In this document: positions 19,715-28,473 of the stretch, one piece after another
Position numbering within the stretch: the first letter of the stretch is position 1
Layout of the letters: the number at the start of each line of letters is the position of its first letter
Source of the DNA: Capsulimonadales bacterium
Lineage (GTDB): Bacteria; Armatimonadota; Armatimonadia; Armatimonadales; Armatimonadaceae
Assembly (NCBI GenBank): GCA_033762295.1
Contig: JANRLW010000009.1
Coordinates: 1 to 64,000 of the forward strand
Length of the DNA stretch: 64,000 bases
Direction of reading: 5' to 3'
The notes under the pieces: generated by a model
What the model was told of the DNA's origin: nothing
The model's input: only the letters and a program-made list of their open reading frames with translations
Databases searched by the model: none
Position numbers and translations under genes: made by a program

Positions 19715-20371
19715 GTGTCCAAGTGGAACAGAGAGACGATTGCGGCGGAGATTCTTCGTCGCCATGAGACAGGACAGGACCTGTCGTACTCCGGAATGAC
19801 CCGTGAGAATCTGCCGCTGTTGCGTGCCGCTACCCGTTATCTCGGGTCCTGGCAGGCGGCGGTGGAGTTCGCGGGACTCAACTATGATGATATTCGGCGG
19901 TATCGCTCGTGGACGAACGAGCGGATCGTCGAACGCATTCGCGAACTGTACGCCGAAGGGCAGGACCTTTCCTGGCGTCATATTTCGCTCACCCTGGATC
20001 CGTCGCTCGCCGCCGCCGCCACCAAGAAATCACATTTCGGTTCGTGGCGTGCCGCGCTCGATGCCGCCGGTCTGGATTACGATGCGATCCGCCGCTACCA
20101 TGACTGGAGCGAGGATGTCGTTCTCCGCAAGGTGCGCGAACTCTATGCCGAAGGAAAGCCGCTCAACGCCAAGACGATGGAGCGCGAGAACATTACCCTG
20201 ATCACGGCGGCGCGTCGGCGCTTCCCGTCCTGGGATAAGACTCTCGCCGCCGCCGGTCTCGACTACCGGGGGATCGTGCTCCGTGCGCCGTTCCGACGTC
20301 GCCGCAACCCGCAGCGAACGCTGGAATACCGCAACGGAAACCGTAACCCGGCCGTCACCGCCGCCGCCTGA
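19715..20371 (+). CDS. Protein with three ~63-aa helical repeats (homing-endonuclease-associated-repeat-like), putative nucleic-acid binding
   Basis: AGAGGAG RBS, GTG start; three copies of W...I...I..L..EG.DL....L..AA....GSW..A...AGL.Y; Arg-rich tail. Confidence 0.8.
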   Translation: MSKWNRETIAAEILRRHETGQDLSYSGMTRENLPLLRAATRYLGSWQAAVEFAGLNYDDIRRYRSWTNERIVERIRELYAEGQDLSWRHISLTLDPSLAAAATKKSHFGSWRAALDAAGLDYDAIRRYHDWSEDVVLRKVRELYAEGKPLNAKTMERENITLITAARRRFPSWDKTLAAAGLDYRGIVLRAPFRRRRNPQRTLEYRNGNRNPAVTAAA

Positions 20372-20474
20372 TCGTCCGTTCGTTCCGGGTGCACCTGCCG
20401 AAGTTCGCCGGACCGATTTCCCCCGGAAATCGGTTCCGGCTTGCTCACGCCTCCCGAAACCGCTACAATTCACT

Positions 20475-21065
20475 GTGACCCGCTTCTTTCTCACCCGTCC
20501 GTTCCTCCTTCGCCACGGAATCGGCCTTCTGCTGGTCGCCCTCGGGGTCGTCCTCTCGTTTCTGACACCCCTTCCGGTCGGTTCGCCCGAACCCTACTGG
20601 AAATCCGCCGCTCATTTGATCAGTACGAAAATCCATGATGGCTATCTGATCGCCGGAATCCTTCTTTTACTCGGCCTCGCCTGGCGAGAGCGGTGCCGCG
20701 CGAGCGCCATCCGGGTTCTGGCGGTTATGGGCACGGAGACGGCGTTGTTCGGCGTAATCAAGGCGGGTACCTGGTACGGGTTACGGCAGTGGCCGCGCCC
20801 GTCCGGCACGGACGGCGGATTTCCGAGCGGCCACACCGCCGCCAGTGTCGCTCTGGCCTATCTTCTGTCGGAACGATTTCCGGCGCTCGCTCCCGTGTTC
20901 TACGCTCTGGCCGCGACGGTCGCCTGGTCCCGTGTCGGAGACGGCGCACACTACCCCTATCAGGTACTGGCCGGAGCGATTCTGGGGTTCGGTGTCGCCC
21001 TGGTTCTTTCCCCGCGCTTCGTTCCCTCTTCGAACGCAACTTCGGCGGATATCGTCCGGGAATAG
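20475..21065 (+). CDS. PAP2-family membrane phosphatase
   Basis: K..RP, FPSGH, SRV...AHYP motifs; GTG start 5 nt after TACAAT. Confidence 0.88.
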   Translation: MTRFFLTRPFLLRHGIGLLLVALGVVLSFLTPLPVGSPEPYWKSAAHLISTKIHDGYLIAGILLLLGLAWRERCRASAIRVLAVMGTETALFGVIKAGTWYGLRQWPRPSGTDGGFPSGHTAASVALAYLLSERFPALAPVFYALAATVAWSRVGDGAHYPYQVLAGAILGFGVALVLSPRFVPSSNATSADIVRE

Positions 21066-21216
21066 GAGAAAGAGCGGGCAAGAGCAGACAAGCGTGCCTC
21101 CGACGGCGTATGTCCGGAAGATGTGGTAAAAAGGATCATTAAGGCAAACTCGCGATACGGCCCGAAACGCTTTGCAGGTGGGTCCGAGCCACTTCGTGCG
21201 CCCGGGCGTCATGCCC

Positions 21217-21260
21217 CCCTGTCCTGAGAGTGAACACGATGACCCTGTCCTGAGAGTGAA
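21217..21260 (+). repeat. Two-copy 18-bp direct repeat upstream of the rhomboid gene
   Basis: CCCTGTCCTGAGAGTGAA at 21217-21234 and 21243-21260. Confidence 0.9.
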
Positions 21261-21266
21261 ACTGGC

Positions 21267-22559
21267 GTGTTAACGATGCTGTCACCGGTTACCTTACCCG
21301 TTCTGTTTGCTCTGGCGGCGGTCATTCTGGTACTTGTCTCCATTCCGCCGATACCGATGCGCCGTCAGCGTGGTGGCACGTCTTCCTTTCCCCTGGTCAC
21401 TCTCAGCCTGATCGCCCTGAACGTCGTTCTCTTCCTGGCCACCACCGGGGCGAACGGCCTCCCTCCCGAAGTGGCGCAGCACTGGGGGATGATTCCGCGC
21501 GCGGCGAACCTGCTGACCCTCGTCACCCACCTGTTCCTGCACAACAGCTGGGGCCATTTGCTCGGAAACATGCTGGGACTCTGGCTGTTCGGGCAGCATG
21601 TCGAGGAGGCTCTGGGCCGGCTGGAGTACGCGCTGTTCTATCTGGGCAGCGGAGTGGCGGCCGGACTTCTGCACCTGATTATCGCGGCGACGGTCGTCAC
21701 CTCGGCGGCCGAGGTGCCGCTGATCGGGGCGTCCGGCGCGGTTTTCGGCATCCTGGGACTTTTCGCGGTCCGGTTCTGGCGCGCCCGGGTTCGGCTCTTC
21801 GTCTTTCTGGAGGTGTCGGCGGTCTGGGCGGTGGCGTCCTGGGTCGTCCTGAATCTCTGCCTGTCGGGTCTGGTGTCTCTTCTTACCGGCCGCAGCGACA
21901 GCATCGCCCACTTCGCCCATATCGGGGGGCTGGCCTTCGGCGTCCTCATGACCATGCCGCTGCGCATGCGGGAGGATAGCCGTCGCGAATACCACCTGGA
22001 GGATGCCGAAAAAGCCGTCGCGTCCGGCAACAGCGAGATGGCTGCCGCGCACTATCGGCAGGTGGTGGCTCACTCCCCGGAGGATGCCAACGCGCACCAT
22101 GCGCTCGCCCGGGTCTATGTCACACTCCGGCAGGCGGAAGCTGCGCACCGACATATGCTGGACGCCTTGAAACTGAATCTGGCGCAGGGCCATTCACTTG
22201 CGGTGGCCCGTGTCTACGAAGATGCGGTCAGCTGCTTCGAAAACTTCCCGCTCACCCCGATACTCCTCCAGCGGGTCGCTTCCGCCTGTGAGGAGACCGA
22301 ACAGTATTCCCTGGCGGTACGTGCGCTTTCCGAACTCTGCCGCGACCATCCGGCGGCGCGCGAGGCGGAGATGAGCCTGCTCCGTCTGGGGAAACTCCAC
22401 CTGTATAAGCTGAACCAGCCGCAGAACGCCGAGGGAATCTTCTCCGAATTCCTGCGGCTTTATCCCGACTCGGACTGGGGGAATCATGCGCTCCGCCTTC
22501 GAGAGGAGGCGAACCGCGCGGCCGTGGCGTTTCATCCCCTTCCGGTCCGTGGGAACTGA
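21267..22559 (+). CDS. Rhomboid intramembrane serine protease with C-terminal TPR region
   Basis: HLFLH..WGHLLGNM, catalytic GASGA, AHIGG; helical TPR-like C-terminus. Confidence 0.9.
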   Translation: MLTMLSPVTLPVLFALAAVILVLVSIPPIPMRRQRGGTSSFPLVTLSLIALNVVLFLATTGANGLPPEVAQHWGMIPRAANLLTLVTHLFLHNSWGHLLGNMLGLWLFGQHVEEALGRLEYALFYLGSGVAAGLLHLIIAATVVTSAAEVPLIGASGAVFGILGLFAVRFWRARVRLFVFLEVSAVWAVASWVVLNLCLSGLVSLLTGRSDSIAHFAHIGGLAFGVLMTMPLRMREDSRREYHLEDAEKAVASGNSEMAAAHYRQVVAHSPEDANAHHALARVYVTLRQAEAAHRHMLDALKLNLAQGHSLAVARVYEDAVSCFENFPLTPILLQRVASACEETEQYSLAVRALSELCRDHPAAREAEMSLLRLGKLHLYKLNQPQNAEGIFSEFLRLYPDSDWGNHALRLREEANRAAVAFHPLPVRGN

Positions 22560-22562
22560 AAA

Positions 22563-22592
22563 TGAAAAACCCGCACAAAGGCGGGTTTTTCA
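22563..22592. terminator. Bidirectional intrinsic terminator
   Basis: TGAAAAACCCGC-acaaag-GCGGGTTTTTCA between convergent genes. Confidence 0.85.
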
Positions 22593-22616
22593 TCCGGGGG
22601 GTCGGGCGTACGGGGA

Positions 22617-23201
22617 TCAGGCCAGCCAGCGATTCCTCTGTTCGTCGGTCGATTCCGGGTCATCCCTCAGAGCGTCGGCGAACGTTTCCGGGTCGCTGAC
22701 GATCGGTTTCTGATCCGCGCGAAAATACTGGTTCGCCAGAGTCGGAGGCTGTCGCAGATAGGCCGAGATCTCCTCCGCCTGTCGTCCGATCGTCTCGGCA
22801 AGAGCCTTCAAAAACTTTTCCGGAATCGACTCCGGAGCGATCAGCCGCCGGTGCAGTTTGACGAACAGCGCGTACGGGATATCCAGAGCGGCGGCCACCG
22901 ATGCCGCGTCCAGGCCCCGCCCGGCTGCCGCCGCCATCAATCCGTTCACTCCGATCGCACCGGCTGTCGTCTTGCGTCGGGCTCGCACGACCTCCAGGCC
23001 GATCTCCCGCACGCGGGTGACCGCCACCGCATCCGGGGAGGTGTCCGCCCGGTCGGACCAGCGATCGGCGGCGAACCGTGCCAGATCGCGGGCCTGCGCC
23101 GGATACCGCCGCATCCACTCCGTCAGGTCCGGCCTCTCCGCCTGCGCGAACCGGACCAGCACCTCGTCCTCATCAAAAGGCAACTCGTTGACCGTACTCA
23201 T
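22617..23201 (-). CDS. Sigma-factor partner protein with central XRE-like HTH (putative anti-sigma/repressor)
   Basis: Starts 22 bp after the sigma gene. N-terminal helical domain (DLTEWMRRYP), central GLDAASVAAALDIP...KLHRR...FLKALAETIG resembling a Cro/C1 HTH, then YFRADQKP. Confidence 0.6.
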   Translation of the reverse strand: MSTVNELPFDEDEVLVRFAQAERPDLTEWMRRYPAQARDLARFAADRWSDRADTSPDAVAVTRVREIGLEVVRARRKTTAGAIGVNGLMAAAAGRGLDAASVAAALDIPYALFVKLHRRLIAPESIPEKFLKALAETIGRQAEEISAYLRQPPTLANQYFRADQKPIVSDPETFADALRDDPESTDEQRNRWLA

Positions 23202-23223
23202 CTTACTGTTCCATTCCCCCGCA

Positions 23224-24075
23224 CTAGGCCGTCAGCGCGCCGCGCTCCCAGGCCATCAATTTATCCTTGGCGCGGCGCAGGTAGTTGCGTACCGAACGCC
23301 CCGTGACTCCCAGCGCCCGTGCCACCGACGGGCGATTCGGGTCCTCGCTCTCCTCCGGCAACCCTTCCACGTAAATCAGGTACAGAGCGGTCCGCTCATT
23401 GTGATTCAACAGGCGCAACGCCTCCTCGTACTCGGCCAGCGCCTGCGGGGTCGCCCCCGTATCGGCGATCCGGCCGAAAAGCCGGTCGGAATCCCGCTCC
23501 TCCTCACCGTCCTCCGCCTGATCGCCGGGATTCATTTCCGTATCCGCCACCGCCTGACGCTTCTCGATCAGATTCCAGAGACGTCGATCCAGGCAAACCC
23601 AGAACCGCACTTCCCAGAACTCCGCCGACGGCGTTCGATCGAACAGCGCATCGCAGACCGCCGCGAAAAGGTCGCGTACACAATCATCGGCATCCTCGGA
23701 GGTCAACCGCCAGCGGGCCAGCTTTCGCTGAATATGCGCCGCCGTTCGCTCCACCAGCACCTCGATGATCTGCCAGGCCGTGTTTTCGTCCCCGTGCGCC
23801 GCAAATTCGCGTGCGAAATAGACGAGTGTCTCTTCCCGTAGTCGCGCGGAATCCGTCCATACCTGCCCCTTCATCAGCAGACGCTCGCGTCGCTGCCGGG
23901 CGGGCAGGCGGGAGATCTCCCGTACCTGAGCCTCGACCTCCCGTTCGCGCGTATAAACCTGTCCGTTGTCCCGTCGGGTTCGTGTGAGCGGTCGCACCGG
24001 CCAGGGGCCTCCCTCATCCGAATCTCTTTTTGCTCCGCTCTCGTCGGGAGAAGGGAACGCTTCGTTGTCTGTCAT
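23224..24075 (-). CDS. ECF-like sigma-70 family factor with N-terminal extension
   Basis: Region-2-like EDADDCVRDLF; region 4 LRLLNHNERTALYLIYVEG...VARALGVTGRSVRNYLRRAKDKL. Start placed at ATG 24075, downstream of TATAAT. Confidence 0.82.
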   Translation of the reverse strand: MTDNEAFPSPDESGAKRDSDEGGPWPVRPLTRTRRDNGQVYTREREVEAQVREISRLPARQRRERLLMKGQVWTDSARLREETLVYFAREFAAHGDENTAWQIIEVLVERTAAHIQRKLARWRLTSEDADDCVRDLFAAVCDALFDRTPSAEFWEVRFWVCLDRRLWNLIEKRQAVADTEMNPGDQAEDGEEERDSDRLFGRIADTGATPQALAEYEEALRLLNHNERTALYLIYVEGLPEESEDPNRPSVARALGVTGRSVRNYLRRAKDKLMAWERGALTA

Positions 24076-24278
24076 GGGCGGTACTGTCACGGTTTCCGGA
24101 AACCCGGAAACCGCCCTCGGAAAATTTACGACGCGCCCATTATAGCCCATAAAGCGGCGGCAAGGACAACGCACCCTGGCGGGCCGTTGCCTCGCTCCAT
24201 GATTGAAGCAAACACGGCGCAGAAGTGTCGGTATACTGTGTAGGACGTACTCGGTCCTTATCTGGCAAGGAGCCTCTC

Positions 24279-25700
24279 TTGAATCGGACAATTGCTGCAC
24301 ATTCGGTTCGCCGCCCTCTGTCGCGGCGCGATTTTCTCAGTGTCGCCACAATCGGCCTCGGCGGACTGCTTTCGGGTTGCGGAGGCGGCGGCGGTTCCGT
24401 GGTCCGGTCCACCCCGATCACCGGTGGTCCCGGTCGCGGCACAGGTGAGATCCCGCCGCAAAGCGGCTGGTCCGTCGTCAATACGGCCTACAAACAACTC
24501 ACCAAAAAGTGGACCTTCCTGGTCTACATGAATGCGGCGAACGACCTCGAAGAGTATTCCATCCTCAACATGAATCAGATGGAGGCGATCGGGTCCGGCG
24601 ATAACCTCAACCTCATCGTCCAGTACAAACGCTTTCCGAACCGATACGACAGTTCCAACGGCGACTGGCCGGGAACACGCCGTTACTATGTCGTCCGCGA
24701 TACCGATCGCGCTGCCGTGAACTCCTATCTCCTGTCCGAAAATCAAACGCTCGACATGGGCGACTGGCAGAGCCTGCAGCGATTCGTCCAGTGGGGGGTC
24801 GCTACCTACCCCGCCGAACGCTACTGCCTGGTTCTCTGGAACCACGGAGCGGGCTGGCGTTCGGCCCGAAACGGCGCGGGACCGATCACGCGCGGCGTCT
24901 CCTACGATGACATTACCGGAAATCACATAGATACCATCGAGTTCCCGGCCGCGATCGACATCGGCGGCGGACGCAAGTGGGATGTTCTGGCCTTCGACTC
25001 CTCGCTCATGCAGATGCTCGAGGTGGCCTACGAAATACGCGACAAGGCGACCTATATCGTCGGTTCGGAGGAGTCCCCGCCCGGTCCCGGCTACCCCTAT
25101 GATCGGTTCCTCGGCAACCTGGCCAACGATATCAACCGATCTCCGCGCGATTTCGCCATTGATATCGCACAGCAAACCATCGAGTCCTACACGCTGAACA
25201 GCAACATCACCCACTCGGTTCTGGATGTGTCCAAAGTCGCGGGGATCGTCCCGGCGGTCGACGAACTGGGTCGGCTGCTCTTCGAAAAGAAGGGAACGTA
25301 CGCGCAGCGTATCCGGGACGCCCGGGCAAAAGCGGAGAATTACGATTATCTCTATTACCGGGACATCATCGACTTCACCAACCAACTGACCGCGCCGATG
25401 ACGCCACAAGACCGACTGTCAAAAGAAGAATTTCCACTTACGACACCGCCTATCGCCGATGCTGCCATCGTGAACGCGGCGGCGCTCCTTCGTCAGACCG
25501 TTCAGGAGGCCGTGATCAAAAACGTCCGCGGCAATCAACACCCCCGATCCAACGGTCTCTCCATCTACCTGCCGACGCCGGGCGAGTACGATGCGATCGA
25601 TGTCTCCCAGGCCAACGGCTTCGGTCAGCGTTACCGCGCCCTCGCCTTCACCAAAGCCGCCCCCAGCTGGCATAACTTCATCGAGAACGGGCCGATCTAG
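24279..25700 (+). CDS. Clostripain (peptidase C11)-family Tat lipoprotein; catalytic Cys replaced by Ser
   Basis: SRRDFL + LSGC, WTFLVYMNAANDLE, LWNHGAGW, FDSSLM (canonical FDACLM), GSEE, NGLSIY; AAGGAG RBS before TTG. Confidence 0.85.
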   Translation: MNRTIAAHSVRRPLSRRDFLSVATIGLGGLLSGCGGGGGSVVRSTPITGGPGRGTGEIPPQSGWSVVNTAYKQLTKKWTFLVYMNAANDLEEYSILNMNQMEAIGSGDNLNLIVQYKRFPNRYDSSNGDWPGTRRYYVVRDTDRAAVNSYLLSENQTLDMGDWQSLQRFVQWGVATYPAERYCLVLWNHGAGWRSARNGAGPITRGVSYDDITGNHIDTIEFPAAIDIGGGRKWDVLAFDSSLMQMLEVAYEIRDKATYIVGSEESPPGPGYPYDRFLGNLANDINRSPRDFAIDIAQQTIESYTLNSNITHSVLDVSKVAGIVPAVDELGRLLFEKKGTYAQRIRDARAKAENYDYLYYRDIIDFTNQLTAPMTPQDRLSKEEFPLTTPPIADAAIVNAAALLRQTVQEAVIKNVRGNQHPRSNGLSIYLPTPGEYDAIDVSQANGFGQRYRALAFTKAAPSWHNFIENGPI

Positions 25701-28333
25701 CGGACGTTGACACTGGTCGCCACTCGCAACACGATCGTCCCGAGGACGATGCCGAGGGCGAGGGCGACCAGAGCGATGTGCCAGGAGAAGGGCCGCCGCA
25801 TCCGCGCCGCCCGACGTCCTCCGCGCCCCTCCGATGCGGGCGTCGGACGCCGAACCCCGGATGCCGGACGGGATACTCCGGCGACCGAACCGTCCGTCTC
25901 CCCCGGCAGAGCGAGCGCCATCGTCGTTCCCGAACCGGCGGCGGTGTTCCGGTAGAGGTCGGGCGACGAAAGGGCCGGCAATGCCGGATAGTACTCCTCG
26001 TGGTAGTGCACCGAGTCCACCTGATCCGACGGCACCCCGTTGAGCGTCACCCCGATGATATTCGCACGCGCCTTGTTCAAAAGGCGCATCACCTGATCCT
26101 CCGAGCCGCGCGGGACGTTGTTCGCTCGAACGACCAGCAGGGTCGCATCGACGAACGCCGCCATCACCGACGCGTCGGCAAACGCGATCGCCGAGGGCGT
26201 GTCGAAGAAGAGGAAGTCCGCCTTCCGCTTCAGCCGTTCGTGCAGTGTTCGCATCCTCTCATCCGCCAGCAGTTCCGACGGGTGGAGCGGCGGCGGTCCG
26301 GCAGGAAGGAGCAGAAGGTTCGGAATATCGGTGGGCAGCAGGGCATCCTCGAGACGGGCCTCCTCACGCAACACCGAGGTAAGGCCGATTTCATTCGAAA
26401 CACCGAAGACATCCTGCAGTTTCGGAAAGCGCAGGTCGGTATCGACCAGAATAACCGTCTTTCCGGCCTGCGCGAACGTAATGGCCAGATTTGAAACCGT
26501 GGTCGTCGCTCCCTGCCCCGGCTTTCCGGTCGCGACCATCAAAGACCGGAACGGATGCTCCTCCTGCGAAAAAAGAAGGTCGGTCCGTAGCAGTCGGTAC
26601 GCCTCAGAGACCGGAGCCAGCGGACTGAGATAAGCGACACGCGGGGCGCGATGCGGGTCGGGCAAATGCTCCGGGATAACGCCGACGACCGGCAGCTTTA
26701 ACGTTCGTTCGACGTCCTGCACCGTCCGAATCGAGTTATCGAGCGCATCCATACCGACTACCAGGACCACTCCGCAGAAAAGGGAAAGGACCAGGCCGAA
26801 TACCACGAGTGTCGGACGGTATCGGGCGATATCCCCGCCCACCGGCTCGGCATGGGCCTGGCTGACGATATTGATCGCGCCGGCCTTGCTCTCGTCGATC
26901 GCCTGGAGTTCGTATTTTCGCAGTTGCTCGGCCAGGGTCGTGACGTTTCGATCGGCGATGGTCGTTTCTCGCCGCAGGTCGCCCAGAGCGAACTGGGCCT
27001 CCGGTAGACTGCGCAGACGATCCGCCGCCGTTCCCGCCTGCTGATCGATCGCGTTCAGCCGCTGTTCGGCGCTGTCTCGCTGCACCTGGGCGTTCGCCAG
27101 TTGCAGTTCCAGCGCCTGCCGATTGGGATTCGCGGACGTCACTCCGTAGTCCTGTTTCCGGGCCTCCGCCAGCGCCTGCTCGGCGGCTTTCAGTTCGGAT
27201 TTCGCCAGGACGACCGAATCGTACTCCTCACCGTAATTCAGGTCGCGAAGCTTCTGCAGATTGATCCGGGCGTTGGCGACCCGCTGCCGTAAATCACGCA
27301 CGGCCGGGTTTTCCTCGGCGGGCAGGGCGTTCCGGACCGTGGCCGCCGTCGTTGCCAGTTGCCGCTCCAGCCGCGATACCGCCGCGGTCGCCTCGTTCAG
27401 GCTGCGCCGGGCCGCGTCCCGCTCGGTTTGCAGCTGGACGTACTGATTGATGACGTTTTCCTGGGCGGAGGTCAGGGCCACCCCCTGCGCCTTCCGATAG
27501 CGGCTCTCGGCCCGCTGCGCCTCCTCCAGCTGCCGCCGTGCCTCGCGAAGTTTCTCCTGCGTCAAAGCCAGACGGGCGTTCGCCGTTCCGGCGCTGCGGG
27601 AGATGTAAAAGTCGATAAACGCCACGCAGAGCATATTGACATAGAGGTTTGCCTCCGCCTCGCGCTCGAAACGCCCCGAAATCCGGACCTGATTCACGAT
27701 CTGACGGTTGTTTTCCGTGTCCAGCGGTCCGGCGACCACATCGAACGACATCTTCTCGCGGATAACGTCGGTGATGGCGGTGGGGCTGAGTTCGATGCCG
27801 CCTTCCTTGAAGCTTCCGAGGGAGTCCCGGGCTTCGACCAGCGAAGCGACGATCCGCTCGCGACTTTCCCGTTTCCGGCGCTCGCGAATGGCCGGCGCTT
27901 CCGCCGCCCGAATCTCCTTCAGAGCCACCGCCCGCTTGACCAGGGAATCCGCTTCGCTGTCCGTCTGGGCGAAATACCCGTTCTTGTCGAGGATACGTTG
28001 CACCGATTCGGTTCGCTCGGGCCGGGGCTGACGGAGAAGTTCCGCCGTGCGCAGATAGAGGTCGTTGCTGCTGCGCAGTTGCATTACCAGCTCGGAGATA
28101 CGGGCGGAGATATCCTCCTGAACCCGGGGGGGTGGCGCAACTCCGGTTTCGCCGACGTTGGCGACCGGAGTCTGTCCGGTGTCCAGCGGCGAGATGATCG
28201 CCACCGCCTCATACGAGCGCTGCTGTCCCTTGATGGTTGCGCCCACCAGAATCACGACCGCGGAAATCGCCATAATCCCCGCGATCAACCACCGTTTACC
28301 CCAGACCAGGCGGAAGATTCGCCAGAATTCCAT
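25697..28333 (-). CDS. Wzc/GumC-like polysaccharide co-polymerase with BY-kinase-like domain
   Basis: N-terminal TM, long periplasmic coiled coil, second TM, EAYRLLRT, degenerate Walker A, DTDLR, DTP. Confidence 0.88.
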   Translation of the reverse strand: MEFWRIFRLVWGKRWLIAGIMAISAVVILVGATIKGQQRSYEAVAIISPLDTGQTPVANVGETGVAPPPRVQEDISARISELVMQLRSSNDLYLRTAELLRQPRPERTESVQRILDKNGYFAQTDSEADSLVKRAVALKEIRAAEAPAIRERRKRESRERIVASLVEARDSLGSFKEGGIELSPTAITDVIREKMSFDVVAGPLDTENNRQIVNQVRISGRFEREAEANLYVNMLCVAFIDFYISRSAGTANARLALTQEKLREARRQLEEAQRAESRYRKAQGVALTSAQENVINQYVQLQTERDAARRSLNEATAAVSRLERQLATTAATVRNALPAEENPAVRDLRQRVANARINLQKLRDLNYGEEYDSVVLAKSELKAAEQALAEARKQDYGVTSANPNRQALELQLANAQVQRDSAEQRLNAIDQQAGTAADRLRSLPEAQFALGDLRRETTIADRNVTTLAEQLRKYELQAIDESKAGAINIVSQAHAEPVGGDIARYRPTLVVFGLVLSLFCGVVLVVGMDALDNSIRTVQDVERTLKLPVVGVIPEHLPDPHRAPRVAYLSPLAPVSEAYRLLRTDLLFSQEEHPFRSLMVATGKPGQGATTTVSNLAITFAQAGKTVILVDTDLRFPKLQDVFGVSNEIGLTSVLREEARLEDALLPTDIPNLLLLPAGPPPLHPSELLADERMRTLHERLKRKADFLFFDTPSAIAFADASVMAAFVDATLLVVRANNVPRGSEDQVMRLLNKARANIIGVTLNGVPSDQVDSVHYHEEYYPALPALSSPDLYRNTAAGSGTTMALALPGETDGSVAGVSRPASGVRRPTPASEGRGGRRAARMRRPFSWHIALVALALGIVLGTIVLRVATSVNVR

Positions 28334-28473
28334 ACCGCTGCTCGGCTCCCGACGACCGAAGCACTCTCCGGCTCATCGCTAGAATGCAGAATTTTCTACG
28401 TACCCTGCACCGGGAACGCCGTCTATTGTATCAGTGAATGGCCAAAGTTGGGGCTATCCGAGCAAAAACGGGG

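Noticed and set aside
21217..21260. Possible mini-CRISPR
   Set aside because: Only two 18-bp copies with an 8-bp gap, and no cas genes.
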